Source of the DNA: an uncultured virus (IMG/VR IMGVR_UViG_3300005264_001052)
Taxonomy: Duplodnaviria > Heunggongvirae > Uroviricota > Caudoviricetes
DNA: 20,000 nucleotides
IMG/VR virus record: IMGVR_UViG_3300005264_001052
Strand: one strand, 5' to 3'
In this document: in pieces, positions 1-8,243 of the stretch
Layout: each line of letters starts with the position of its first letter
Position numbering within the stretch: the stretch's first letter is position 1
Program-made: the position numbers and the translations under genes
The notes under the pieces: generated by a model
The model's input: only the letters and a program-made list of their open reading frames with translations
What the model was told of the DNA's origin: nothing
The model's database searches: none

Positions 1-1229
1 CCTTGACCGGCTGTTCCCGTTGATCCGTCTCTATAGTCTACATAACCACACCCGCCTCCACCTGAGCCTCCAGATGAAGAGGAAGTTAAATTTGAGCCTC
101 CACCTCCACCTCCTATACTGATTAACGAATCAAATATAGAGTTGGATCCATTTGTACCAGCATTATATCCAGATCCTCCAGCCCCTCCGCTGCCAACAGT
201 TATAAAATATTCTTTAGCACTAACAGTAAAATTATTATTATATATTAATCCGCCAGCCCCGCCTCCTCCAGTATATCCAGATCCTCCAGCACCTCCGCCT
301 CCAGCAACAACTAAGCATTCAACTTCGCCAGCTGTCGAAACATCTAAAGTCCCATCGGTAAGGAATGTATGAATCCTATAACCACCTACTTCAGTTATAA
401 TCCCTCCAGTTGCTGACACACCACTAGTTATTTCTTTGAAATCAGGACTACTAGTAAAAAACTGCTTGATTGTAGGTCTTATAAATCCTTCAGCAGCTTT
501 ACCACGTAGGTTTCCACGAGATCCAATACTGTAAAGCCCTGTTATTAGATCTGGTCTTACGTAAGGATTTTCTTCTGCTTCTGTATAAAAAAGAGCTTCT
601 TCTGTTAGATCGAAATTTTCTGTCCAAAGGGCCTCATCAGAAGTAATTCTAATATTATCAAAATGACAATCAACATCCCAAGTAGTATTTGTATTAAATT
701 GCCCTATTTGTAATGGAGCATTTATAGTATATGATACAGACTTGTCTTCAGATTTTTTTGCAATTCCATCAGCATAAAGAGTATATACGCTACCGCCACT
801 TTTAACGACCGCACAATGGTGCCATTCACCATCAAGCAGTGTATAGTCATCAATAGAATCTAAATTTATAGTATCACTTGAATATGAAGGATGATAGGCT
901 TGAAACACCATTTTACTATTATTCATCCATAAATACCAATATATACCACCATTAACCACAGAGAACATAACATCTCTATTTCCTGCATTATGACTATCAA
1001 ATTTAAACCAAAAATCAAGTGTAAAATTAGTAGAAGATATCATTTCCCAATCCGATGATGCTGGAGCACTTATAAATGAATCTCTACTAATATGTATACT
1101 GCTTGTTCCATATTTCTGTTCAATAGATGATAAAGCTACAGTACCTGTAGTACTTAACGTATGATTACCAGTCTCATCCTCAATGGTGGACTCACCATCA
1201 ATGAATAAATTACCTAAATTTTGAGCCAT
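1..1229 (-). CDS. LamG/concanavalin-A-like domain protein with C-terminal glycine-rich domain (putative virion/fibre protein); 3'-truncated by window edge, absent from ORF track
   Basis: ATG at 1229 preceded by AGGAGG. Open frame MAQNLGNLFIDGESTIEDETGNHT...FTLDFWFK...WHHCAVVKSGG..YTLYADG...LQIG...FDNIRIT..ALWTENF (LamG motifs), then linker, then ATGGIITEVGGYRIHTF...LVVAGGGGGAGG...GGGGAGG Gly-rich region, open to position 1. Paralog of 2441..3142. Confidence 0.85.
   Translation of the reverse strand, partial: MAQNLGNLFIDGESTIEDETGNHTLSTTGTVALSSIEQKYGTSSIHISRDSFISAPASSDWEMISSTNFTLDFWFKFDSHNAGNRDVMFSVVNGGIYWYLWMNNSKMVFQAYHPSYSSDTINLDSIDDYTLLDGEWHHCAVVKSGGSVYTLYADGIAKKSEDKSVSYTINAPLQIGQFNTNTTWDVDCHFDNIRITSDEALWTENFDLTEEALFYTEAEENPYVRPDLITGLYSIGSRGNLRGKAAEGFIRPTIKQFFTSSPDFKEITSGVSATGGIITEVGGYRIHTFLTDGTLDVSTAGEVECLVVAGGGGAGGSGYTGGGGAGGLIYNNNFTVSAKEYFITVGSGGAGGSGYNAGTNGSNSIFDSLISIGGGGGGSNLTSSSSGGSGGGGCGYVDYRDGSTGTAGQ
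456..515. repeat. 60-bp direct repeat, copy 1 (linker GNLRGKAAEGFIRPTIKQFF); copy 2 at 2407-2466
   Basis: 56/60 identical by manual alignment; all 4 differences are synonymous third positions in the linker frame. Confidence 0.9.
583..618. repeat. 36-bp exact direct repeat, copy 1 (NFDLTEEALFY); copy 2 at 2499-2534
   Basis: gtataaaaaagagcttcttctgttagatcgaaattt occurs at both loci. Confidence 0.9.
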
Positions 1230-1262
1230 AATTCCCTCCTGTAAAACTCTTTTATTTTAAAA
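1192..1262. repeat. 71-bp direct repeat covering RBS/5' region and first codons of the LamG paralogs; copy 2 at 3105-3175
   Basis: About 67/71 identical, including cctcctgtaaaactcttttattttaaaa (SD AGGAGG on the minus strand). Confidence 0.9.
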
Positions 1263-1817
1263 CAAATCATAAAATTCCTCTACAAATTCGTCGGGGGTAA
1301 AAGGATCAAACCATCCCATTATTTTACCATTAATATTCAAAATACGTTTACTATTATTAACAATGTCTGCTATCAATGGTAAAGTTTCCTCATCTATTAT
1401 TTCATAAAAATCTAAAAAAATAAAATCATATTTATTTTCTGTTGTACAGATATGATGTAATCCACTATCATTTATAATAGTATGTTGTTTTTCAGATCCT
1501 TTTCTAATTTTAGAAACTTCTTTATGTACTTTTATAACATCCATATTTAATTCAATAGTTGTTAAAGTTTCAACATCAGATAAAGAAAGTATAAATCTAG
1601 ATGCTACTCCTAATCCTAGTCCTATTTCTAAAACGTTACCAAAAGGTTTATCTGTTAATTGTTTTTTATACTCCGCCAATTCTGACTCTAAAGTCCATAA
1701 AGTATGTCCTTGTCCTATTTCTAAAAATAATTCCTTGTTATATTCATAAACCCTAACTTGACCAGACTCTGCAAGTAATTTTCCTTCTCTCCAATATATC
1801 ATTTTTTTTCCAATCAA
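1257..1817 (-). CDS. Class I SAM-dependent methyltransferase / spermidine-synthase-like protein (start may be ATG at 1802)
   Basis: Motif I VLEIGLGLG, acidic residue after strand 2 (TTIE), YDFIFLD; paralog of 7418..7969. Confidence 0.75.
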   Translation of the reverse strand: MIGKKMIYWREGKLLAESGQVRVYEYNKELFLEIGQGHTLWTLESELAEYKKQLTDKPFGNVLEIGLGLGVASRFILSLSDVETLTTIELNMDVIKVHKEVSKIRKGSEKQHTIINDSGLHHICTTENKYDFIFLDFYEIIDEETLPLIADIVNNSKRILNINGKIMGWFDPFTPDEFVEEFYDLF

Positions 1818-1890
1818 AAATTAATTATAAACTACTTATCATGGCCCCTTATTACTTGTTTAGTTATTTTTATCGGTTGTTTCATATATT

Positions 1891-2394
1891 TTATTCGTAA
1901 ATACCTTCCATCATTTCTATTTCATTCAGTCCCATAAAAGTTCCGCCAACCGACTCGGTAATTCTTATAATAATATACCTATACGCTACAGTATTAGAAA
2001 ATTCAAATTCGATCAGTGAAATTTGACCATCAACTGACCAATCTTCTCCCGTTAATCCTGAAACTGTTTCTAATACATCCCAATTAGTATCGTCATTAGA
2101 CCCTTCAATAGTAAATGCAGTTGGAGACCACCACATATTACCAACCATACTGACTTTTTCAATTTGTTGCTCATTTGCTACCCCAAAATCATATTTTATC
2201 CAGCCATTTTCACCATCTGCTTCCCACTCATGATCTTGGTCTATATGGGCTCCTACTTCCTGCCCGTCATTTGCAAATGCAAAATCGGCAGTCCTGCCTA
2301 ATCTTGAAGAAGACGCTGTAGCAGTGCCGCCTTCACATTTATCTATGGTATATCCAGTTAAAACTGGTGCAGATTCAATTTCTTCAAATTTCAT
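1891..2394 (-). CDS. Discoidin/F5/8 type C (CBM32-like) domain; the out-of-frame C-terminal part of the LamG gene at 2441..3142
   Basis: WIKYDFG, PTAFTIEGSNDDTNW, YRYIIIRI, EIE motifs. The frame stays open upstream through the conserved linker to about 2520. Confidence 0.75.
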   Translation of the reverse strand: MKFEEIESAPVLTGYTIDKCEGGTATASSSRLGRTADFAFANDGQEVGAHIDQDHEWEADGENGWIKYDFGVANEQQIEKVSMVGNMWWSPTAFTIEGSNDDTNWDVLETVSGLTGEDWSVDGQISLIEFEFSNTVAYRYIIIRITESVGGTFMGLNEIEMMEGIYE

Positions 2395-2440
2395 TTTGTA
2401 AGGAGCAAAAAACTGCTTGATTGTAGGTCTAATAAACCCT

Positions 2441-3142
2441 TCAGCGGCTTTGCCACGTAGGTTTCCTTGACTTGAAGCGCTGTATTTCTTCTGTTCCAGT
2501 ATAAAAAAGAGCTTCTTCTGTTAGATCGAAATTTGATGTCCAAAGCGCTGTTCCTTTAGTAAAACGAATATTATCCATATAGCCAACAAATGGAGACCAA
2601 TTATCTAAATCTTGTCTATTACCTATAGCTAAAATAGCACTAAATGTATCGGTTGTTGAAAATGTTTCGGAGGCTTTATTTATTCCATCAATAAATACTG
2701 TAAAAGTTGTTCCAGATTTTACTATAGCTATATGATGCCAAACATATGCATCTATTGCATCTGGAGTTACTACTTCTAATACGGTAACGTCAGCTATTCT
2801 TACAATAAACCCAGGCTTAGATGCCTGACCAGTTACAAACCAACAATTATTTCCATTTTCTAAATTATACATGTATTGATTTCTACCAGTTATCGTACCT
2901 TCATTTTTAGCCCAAAAATCTATTGTATAATCTACAGTTGTACTTCCCACAACATCAAAATCAGTATTATTTTCTACATATATGTAATCATTTCTATAAA
3001 ATCTAACACTTGAATTACCAAATACCTTATCTATAGTACTAACTTCAGCACCACCATGTGTAGTTATTATATGATCACTTCCAGAACCATCATTGATTGT
3101 ACCTTCACCATCAATGAATAAATTACCTAGATTTTGTGCCAT
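2441..3142 (-). CDS. LamG/concanavalin-A-like domain protein (N-terminal part of split gene)
   Basis: SD AGGAGG; YTIDFW, WHHIAIVKSG.TFTVFIDG, AIG, GYMDNIRFTKGTALWTSNF. Confidence 0.8.
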   Translation of the reverse strand: MAQNLGNLFIDGEGTINDGSGSDHIITTHGGAEVSTIDKVFGNSSVRFYRNDYIYVENNTDFDVVGSTTVDYTIDFWAKNEGTITGRNQYMYNLENGNNCWFVTGQASKPGFIVRIADVTVLEVVTPDAIDAYVWHHIAIVKSGTTFTVFIDGINKASETFSTTDTFSAILAIGNRQDLDNWSPFVGYMDNIRFTKGTALWTSNFDLTEEALFYTGTEEIQRFKSRKPTWQSR

Positions 3143-3187
3143 AAATTCCTCCTGTAAAACTCTTTTATTTTAAAAACTTAATACTTT

Positions 3188-3329
3188 TGATTAGGTACTT
3201 CAAAGACCACATCGTGGTCAACTAATAAATCACAGCTGGAAAAAAAATCCTGGTTTCTATTAGTGAAGCCCTAATCAGCCAATAGTATGATAATCTTCTA
3301 GTCTCGGTCTATTCAAATATAACTTCCAG
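3188..3329 (-). ncRNA. Candidate structured RNA (multi-stem junction) in the 237-bp intergenic region
   Basis: 14-bp closing stem with one bulge (3264-3277 with 3188-3202), 8-bp stem (3256-3263 with 3222-3229), GACCAC/GUGGUC hairpin (3205-3219), and possible 7-bp pairing of 3323-3329 with 3236-3242. The G-U wobbles only form on the minus strand. Confidence 0.45.
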
Positions 3330-3379
3330 TAATAATTTATTATATAAAGACAAGTAAATACTAAAAGATAAATATATTT

Positions 3380-3961
3380 TTATCGTGATATTATCTCTTT
3401 TGCCCAGGATATATCATCCAAAAAATTATTATAGTTTATATTACTCTTACCACCAAATCTTAAAATATAAGAAGGATGATAAGTTGCAATAACACTTATT
3501 TTATCTGTAAACTTGTATCGTTTCCCTCTAATCGATTCTAATGATATATTTTTAGATAAATTTAATAAAGTTCTACTTGCGTCTGTTCCTAAAGTAAGAA
3601 TAACTTTTGGTTCTATCGCCCCTATCTGCTCTATTAAGTAAGGAAAACATTTATCTATCCATTTATTAGTCAATTTAATACCTGAAGATCCTACATAACA
3701 TTTAACAACATTAGTAATATATACATCTTTTAAACTTAATTTTGAAACATTTAATATTTTATCAAGAAATTTTCCTGATCTACCTACAAAGGGGTGCCCT
3801 ATTTTATTAAAAATTGAGTTTTCTTCTGGACCAGGGCACATGCCACATAACATAATAGAAGCGTATGGGCTTCCTTTAGCAAATACTGAAACTTTTCTAT
3901 TTTCACTAAGTTCACACAAACTGCAATTAGACGCTTTATTTTGTACATCAATTAAGTCCAT
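3380..3961 (-). CDS. Uracil-DNA glycosylase, family 4-like (Fe-S cluster)
   Basis: CSLC, motif A variant GMCPG..E, GHPFVGRSG, YITNVVKC, C.PYL.EQI...PK.I.TLG, TYHPSY. Confidence 0.85.
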   Translation of the reverse strand: MDLIDVQNKASNCSLCELSENRKVSVFAKGSPYASIMLCGMCPGPEENSIFNKIGHPFVGRSGKFLDKILNVSKLSLKDVYITNVVKCYVGSSGIKLTNKWIDKCFPYLIEQIGAIEPKVILTLGTDASRTLLNLSKNISLESIRGKRYKFTDKISVIATYHPSYILRFGGKSNINYNNFLDDISWAKEIISR

Positions 3962-3968
3962 AAATTCT

Positions 3969-4394
3969 CTATGCTCTTATATCAATTATACATAGTTGTA
4001 ATCCTGGGTTTAATAAAGAATCTTCAACTAAATGCCTAGTAGTTTCAAAAACTTTAGATGAATATAATTTTTTTTGCTCATAAGAAAGCTCTATAAAGAT
4101 TGGAAACTCTCTGCCGGCCTTTGATTTATTTACTACACTACATTTTAATTCTTTGGCCCTTTTGTTGATACAAGTTGCAATTTTTTTCTTAGTTTCTTTT
4201 GAAAACTTCGCTCTTCCTAAATAAGCCCTAGCTACAGCAACATGTTTACAATCTGTAACAGGGAAACTTTTATTTGGACCACAAAATTTAGAACTTTTTA
4301 ATTTTTTTCTATCTTTTGTTGTTAAGTTCTTTCCCATTACTCTGTTAGCTTTAGCGATAAGACCTTTTAGTGTATTAACATTCTCAATACTCAT
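3969..4394 (-). CDS. Basic phage protein with LT..DRKKL..S.FCGP.KSFPV.DC.HV..A motif (DUF6582-like, tentative)
   Basis: SD GAGG upstream; motif resembles a small domain recurrent in large-phage proteins. Confidence 0.5.
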   Translation of the reverse strand: MSIENVNTLKGLIAKANRVMGKNLTTKDRKKLKSSKFCGPNKSFPVTDCKHVAVARAYLGRAKFSKETKKKIATCINKRAKELKCSVVNKSKAGREFPIFIELSYEQKKLYSSKVFETTRHLVEDSLLNPGLQLCIIDIRA

Positions 4395-4502
4395 ACTATT
4401 TAATCCTCTTATTTTTAATAGCTAATCGTGGCAGTAACACAGAAACTGCTTGGTTTTATCTTAATGGTGAAGGACCAACCCTACCAGTGTTTTTGTTCAC
4501 TA

Positions 4503-4530
4503 TTATAAGGCCTGCTCCAAAGAGCAGGCC
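4503..4530 (-). terminator. Probable intrinsic terminator / stable hairpin after 4546..5118
   Basis: Perfect 9-bp GC-rich stem GGCCTGCTC-caaa-GAGCAGGCC (4509-4530); weak UUAU tail. Confidence 0.65.
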
Positions 4531-4545
4531 CATATTTATTAAAAA

Positions 4546-5118
4546 TTATAATGCATTCATCGCCTCTACTTTTACAGAACTCGTAATTGTAGATGCTTCA
4601 TTATTAGTTATTTCAAATATACAATTAGTACCGCTAGCTGTAATAGTAATATCCATATCTATGTTTTCGCCAAGAAAGCTATACTCATTAGAAGTCATAG
4701 CTGAGTTATGGTATAAACTAGATAGTTTTGATAAACTATTTCCACCAGTTCCCGAATTAGTAGTATCTGCAACCCATTCAAAACTAGTATTATTTGAAAG
4801 ATCTAAACTGTAAAATTCCTCAGTATTTCCTGCTGCAATATTTTTAGTTACAACATTACTAGCAACAGATGTTGATCCCCCAATCTCAATCCAAGTATTT
4901 GGCAAGGATTTTTTAAACCACCACTTTCCATTACTTTGAAGAAAAGTAGCGCCCAATGCAACATTATAAATGAGAGTTTCACCATCGGTGTTCCCATTTG
5001 AAACGTCGTTAGGACAATTATCCCAACCTAATGTGCCTCCACTAGGCATATTAGTATTGTATTTTAACTGTATACTCCTACGTTCTATCTCAAACGCATT
5101 GTCGTCTATAGATGCCAT
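4546..5118 (-). CDS. Putative virion structural/fibre-associated protein
   Basis: Ser/Thr/Asn-rich; motif LGATFLQSNGKWWFKK...TW shared with the upstream neighbour; starts 3 nt after the neighbour's stop. Confidence 0.55.
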   Translation of the reverse strand: MASIDDNAFEIERRSIQLKYNTNMPSGGTLGWDNCPNDVSNGNTDGETLIYNVALGATFLQSNGKWWFKKSLPNTWIEIGGSTSVASNVVTKNIAAGNTEEFYSLDLSNNTSFEWVADTTNSGTGGNSLSKLSSLYHNSAMTSNEYSFLGENIDMDITITASGTNCIFEITNNEASTITSSVKVEAMNAL

Positions 5119-5121
5119 TAA

Positions 5122-6927
5122 TTACACTCCCTCACTCACTAAAATGGCTGAGTCAACAGTTTGGCCCTGCGTTGCCGCAGTATCCAATATGATAAAGTTA
5201 GTAGGATTATTCCCCACTTGATCAATTGTGTACTCACTAGTAACAGGTGGAGATGTATTAATTGTGGACGCTCTTGAAAGCGTTTTAATAATCCCATTCC
5301 CATTTGTATAATACCATTGTAGTGAAACTTTAGTATAGGTCGTAGCTTCAACACTCTGAGAGGTTGAGTTCTGACCAAGGGTAATTCTATAGTATCTAGG
5401 CATAAACCCTCCAATAACATAGGTATTATTCCCAGTTACTGAAGATGTAGTAATACCAGCTAAATTAGTTCCTGAAATAGCCCCCCAAGTATGTGTACCA
5501 CGGGTGCTACTGTCAGGTACTTGCAAACTATTAGTAAATGATGTCATTCCTCCAGCATTTACGAAAGATCCAGACCATGTACCTTTACCAGCAGACGGGG
5601 CTGCGAGTGTAGGAACTGCATTAAGAATCTGGTTAGACCCAATTGTAATAGTATGAGTAGCAGTAGATGCCGAAGTAGTAAGGCCAACGTTAGAGTATCC
5701 AGTGCTGCCAGATCTAAGTCTTGAAGCAGGTTCTGAAATAGTAAGTTGAGCCGCAACATTCGCAATCCTTACATTCCTACTGTAAGAAGATGTGGCATCG
5801 TTAGATACTTTAGTTGCTGAAACACTGTAGTTATTGGAGCTCACATTATAACTTCCACCAATTCTGGTGACTGTTTTAACTTGAGCATATGTAGAAGTAC
5901 TAGGTATTGAAATTTCACTTAACGGAGTACTATATGTAATAGTATCTGTTCCGCTAGTCCAATTAGTTACAGAAACATCGACATTCGCTGTTTCTGAATT
6001 TTTAAGTGCGCCCTGAGACGCTGGGTAAGTAATAGAATTAAATGTAATTGTAGGATAAACTTGGTCAATAGTCAGATTAGAAGATGTGTATACATCGCCA
6101 TTTGTTCCCAAATTATTAGATGCTTGGGCATCTCCAGGTGAATTAGAACCAACATTAGAAATTGTAACAGTACCGGTAGCGTATCTATATCCTGCTCCTG
6201 CGCCATCAACTGCTCCTAATGCTAGGTTAACTAAAGTTTTAGAAACTTTATCGTTTTCTATCCATACTGAAGTTGCATCATTTTCAACAGTAAGCGTAAC
6301 TCCTATAGTATCATCCTCTTTAAGTGCTGTCTGGCTTCCTGGGTAGGACCCCCAAACCCAATTAGTAATTGCAGGACCTGCACCAGCGAGAGCTACATTT
6401 ACAGAGGTACTTTGACCAGTAGTACTTTCAAGTAGAAAATCTTGGTTATTGCCAGCACCACAAGTTAATGTGACATCAAAAGAGCCAGCGAATAAACGTC
6501 GATCATCGCCGTATTGAGTCATATTAGTACAATTAACTCCACTAATAGAAATAGTAGGGCTATAAAAACTAGACGGTTCAGCAAGAAACGAAATTGTCAC
6601 TGCTGTAGTGTCAGAAGTACACCCACTAAGTACTGTGTCTGTAGGAACAGTGTTTGGGACATAAACCTCATTACCAATATTTCCTGAATTTGAAACGTCG
6701 GTAACGAATACAAACCCAACACCTGCTCCTGAAGCATCTGAAGATTTCTGCCAATCTGTATCTCCCGCCCCTGTTTTCTTAAAAGAAACACCGTTACTTC
6801 TAAGAAATAAAGAACCCATCGGGGCAGCTTTTCCAGTCACTGAAGGATCAAAAGTTCCATACAGTACATCTGCTTGTCCATTAGAGGTATCTATTCTTAC
6901 TCCATTTTCAACTCCAAATAGAGCCAT
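5122..6927 (-). CDS. Large Ser/Thr/Gly-rich beta-sandwich (Ig-like) virion/tail-fibre-like protein
   Basis: SD AGGAGG; N-terminal DPSVTGKAAPMGSLFLRSNG...KKTGAGDTDW motif typical of phage fibre/spike proteins; beta-strand-like composition. Confidence 0.6.
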   Translation of the reverse strand: MALFGVENGVRIDTSNGQADVLYGTFDPSVTGKAAPMGSLFLRSNGVSFKKTGAGDTDWQKSSDASGAGVGFVFVTDVSNSGNIGNEVYVPNTVPTDTVLSGCTSDTTAVTISFLAEPSSFYSPTISISGVNCTNMTQYGDDRRLFAGSFDVTLTCGAGNNQDFLLESTTGQSTSVNVALAGAGPAITNWVWGSYPGSQTALKEDDTIGVTLTVENDATSVWIENDKVSKTLVNLALGAVDGAGAGYRYATGTVTISNVGSNSPGDAQASNNLGTNGDVYTSSNLTIDQVYPTITFNSITYPASQGALKNSETANVDVSVTNWTSGTDTITYSTPLSEISIPSTSTYAQVKTVTRIGGSYNVSSNNYSVSATKVSNDATSSYSRNVRIANVAAQLTISEPASRLRSGSTGYSNVGLTTSASTATHTITIGSNQILNAVPTLAAPSAGKGTWSGSFVNAGGMTSFTNSLQVPDSSTRGTHTWGAISGTNLAGITTSSVTGNNTYVIGGFMPRYYRITLGQNSTSQSVEATTYTKVSLQWYYTNGNGIIKTLSRASTINTSPPVTSEYTIDQVGNNPTNFIILDTAATQGQTVDSAILVSEGV

Positions 6928-6973
6928 ATTTATAATTCCTCCTTTTTAAAAAATTTTAAAGGTTAAACTCACA

Positions 6974-7003
6974 TAAAATAAATAAAATACGTGACGGCGT
7001 ATT
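6974..7003 (-). terminator. Possible intrinsic terminator after the receiver gene
   Basis: AAUACG-CCGUCA-CGUAUU hairpin followed by UUAUUUAUUUU on the minus strand. Confidence 0.45.
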
Positions 7004-7031
7004 ATTAATTATATATATGCTTATGCTATAT

Positions 7032-7406
7032 TTAAATAGCTAAATCATTTTTTATAGTGTCTAATATATGGAGTACTGCTTTAGGTTTTGAAAATACTTT
7101 GTCTATTCCAGCAATCGAAGGGTCTATTGAATCAAATAAATATGGGTGTCCTGTCATAACATATATCTTTGCATCACAAAATTGTTTTCTAATTTCTATA
7201 CTTAGATCTACCCCACTTAATTTACCAGAACCTAAATTTATATCTAATATAAATATTTTAAATTCTGTACTTTTTAAAAGCTCTAAAGCTTCCTCTCCAG
7301 AAGAAACTATTTTAAAAGTAACATCTGTAATAGCCCTCATTAAGGCAATATATAAATCAGAAATAGATTTTTCATTTTCTACAAACAATATATCTATATT
7401 TTCCAT
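7032..7406 (-). CDS. Single-domain response regulator receiver (CheY-like)
   Basis: ILFVENE acidic pocket, SGEEALE, ILDINL (phospho-acceptor Asp), SGVDL, MTG, KP; SD GGAGG. Confidence 0.85.
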   Translation of the reverse strand: MENIDILFVENEKSISDLYIALMRAITDVTFKIVSSGEEALELLKSTEFKIFILDINLGSGKLSGVDLSIEIRKQFCDAKIYVMTGHPYLFDSIDPSIAGIDKVFSKPKAVLHILDTIKNDLAI

Positions 7407-7417
7407 ATAAAACCTCC

Positions 7418-7969
7418 TTAAACATTAAATAAATCAAAGAACGAATCTATAAAGATTTCTGGAGTATTTCCATCTAGCCACCCCAATAATATCCCATTAT
7501 ACACTAACACTTTTTTACAGGCTGTAGTAATATCAGCTATGATTGGAAAGGTCCATTCATTAATAACTGTATGATAATCCAAGAATATAAAATCATAGGT
7601 TTCATCTGTTTTATATAAATATGTTAAAGCAGAATCATTTATTACCCTAAATCTATCATCATTAATAGGGTTTATCTTAGCCTGTACTTCAATGATTTCT
7701 TCGTATTCTTCAATTACTGTTACTGATTTTACATTATTAAATGACAATAAGTATTTACTTGCTATTCCTAGTCCTAAACTTATAATTAAACAATTTCCAA
7801 AAGGTTTATCTGCCAATTGCCAAATGTAATCAGATAAATCTTTGTCAGCCGCAATTAAATTTTGTCGTCCCAATTCCATAAATAGCTCATTATCCAAATC
7901 ATACACTCTAACTTCACCACTACGCATCACTAACTTTCCATCACGAGAATAAATGGGCCCCTTTTTCAT
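7418..7969 (-). CDS. Spermidine-synthase-like SAM-binding protein, degenerate motif I; paralog of 1257..1817
   Basis: Shares GKL...SG.VRVY...ELF.E.G, QL.DKPFGN.L.I.LGLG.AS, YDFIFLD, P.IADI, GW.D..TP..F...F.DLF. Confidence 0.7.
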   Translation of the reverse strand: MKKGPIYSRDGKLVMRSGEVRVYDLDNELFMELGRQNLIAADKDLSDYIWQLADKPFGNCLIISLGLGIASKYLLSFNNVKSVTVIEEYEEIIEVQAKINPINDDRFRVINDSALTYLYKTDETYDFIFLDYHTVINEWTFPIIADITTACKKVLVYNGILLGWLDGNTPEIFIDSFFDLFNV

Positions 7970-7996
7970 GTATTTGTTCTCCTACTATAAATGAGG

Positions 7997-8242
7997 TTAA
8001 ATAAATGATATATCTTTTACAGGTAAATCCTCAACAAAATTAAATACTATTCTTAATTCTGCGGATTTAACTTTAGTTTCATCATAGTCTGTATAGGATT
8101 CATAAACCTCTTTAATTGGATAAGCATATTTAGTCGCCATATTACATTCTTTTGAAACACTCAATAAGTTGGAGATGAACTCTTGTAATTTTTCTTTAAC
8201 TTCATTCTCCCATTGTTCAGGAGTTAAATTATCATCACTCAT
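7997..8242 (-). CDS. Hypothetical acidic protein
   Basis: 81-aa ORF tightly packed in the operon. Confidence 0.6.
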   Translation of the reverse strand: MSDDNLTPEQWENEVKEKLQEFISNLLSVSKECNMATKYAYPIKEVYESYTDYDETKVKSAELRIVFNFVEDLPVKDISFI

Positions 8243-8243
8243 A

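Larger units (their letters stand above)
1891..3142 (-). pseudogene. Frameshifted LamG + discoidin fusion gene (35-bp deletion at 2484/2485 relative to the paralog), or a recoded gene
   Basis: Paralog reads EE-NPYVRPDLITGL-YSIGSRGNLRG. Here gaagaa-a|tacagc lacks the 35 nt equivalent to 534-568, so the linker YSASSQGNLRGKAAEGFIRPTIKQFF falls in the +1 frame, which continues into 1891..2394. Confidence 0.7.

Noticed and set aside
142..372. Pro-rich plus-strand ORF
   Set aside because: Antisense shadow of the Gly-rich (GGN codon) region of the minus-strand gene 1..1229.
1832..1885. 17-aa minus-strand ORF MKQPIKITKQVIRGHDK
   Set aside because: Too short, with no motif; cannot be supported.
456..2534. 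Repeats as DGR template/variable regions
   Set aside because: Differences are synonymous and not confined to adenines; no reverse transcriptase in the window.
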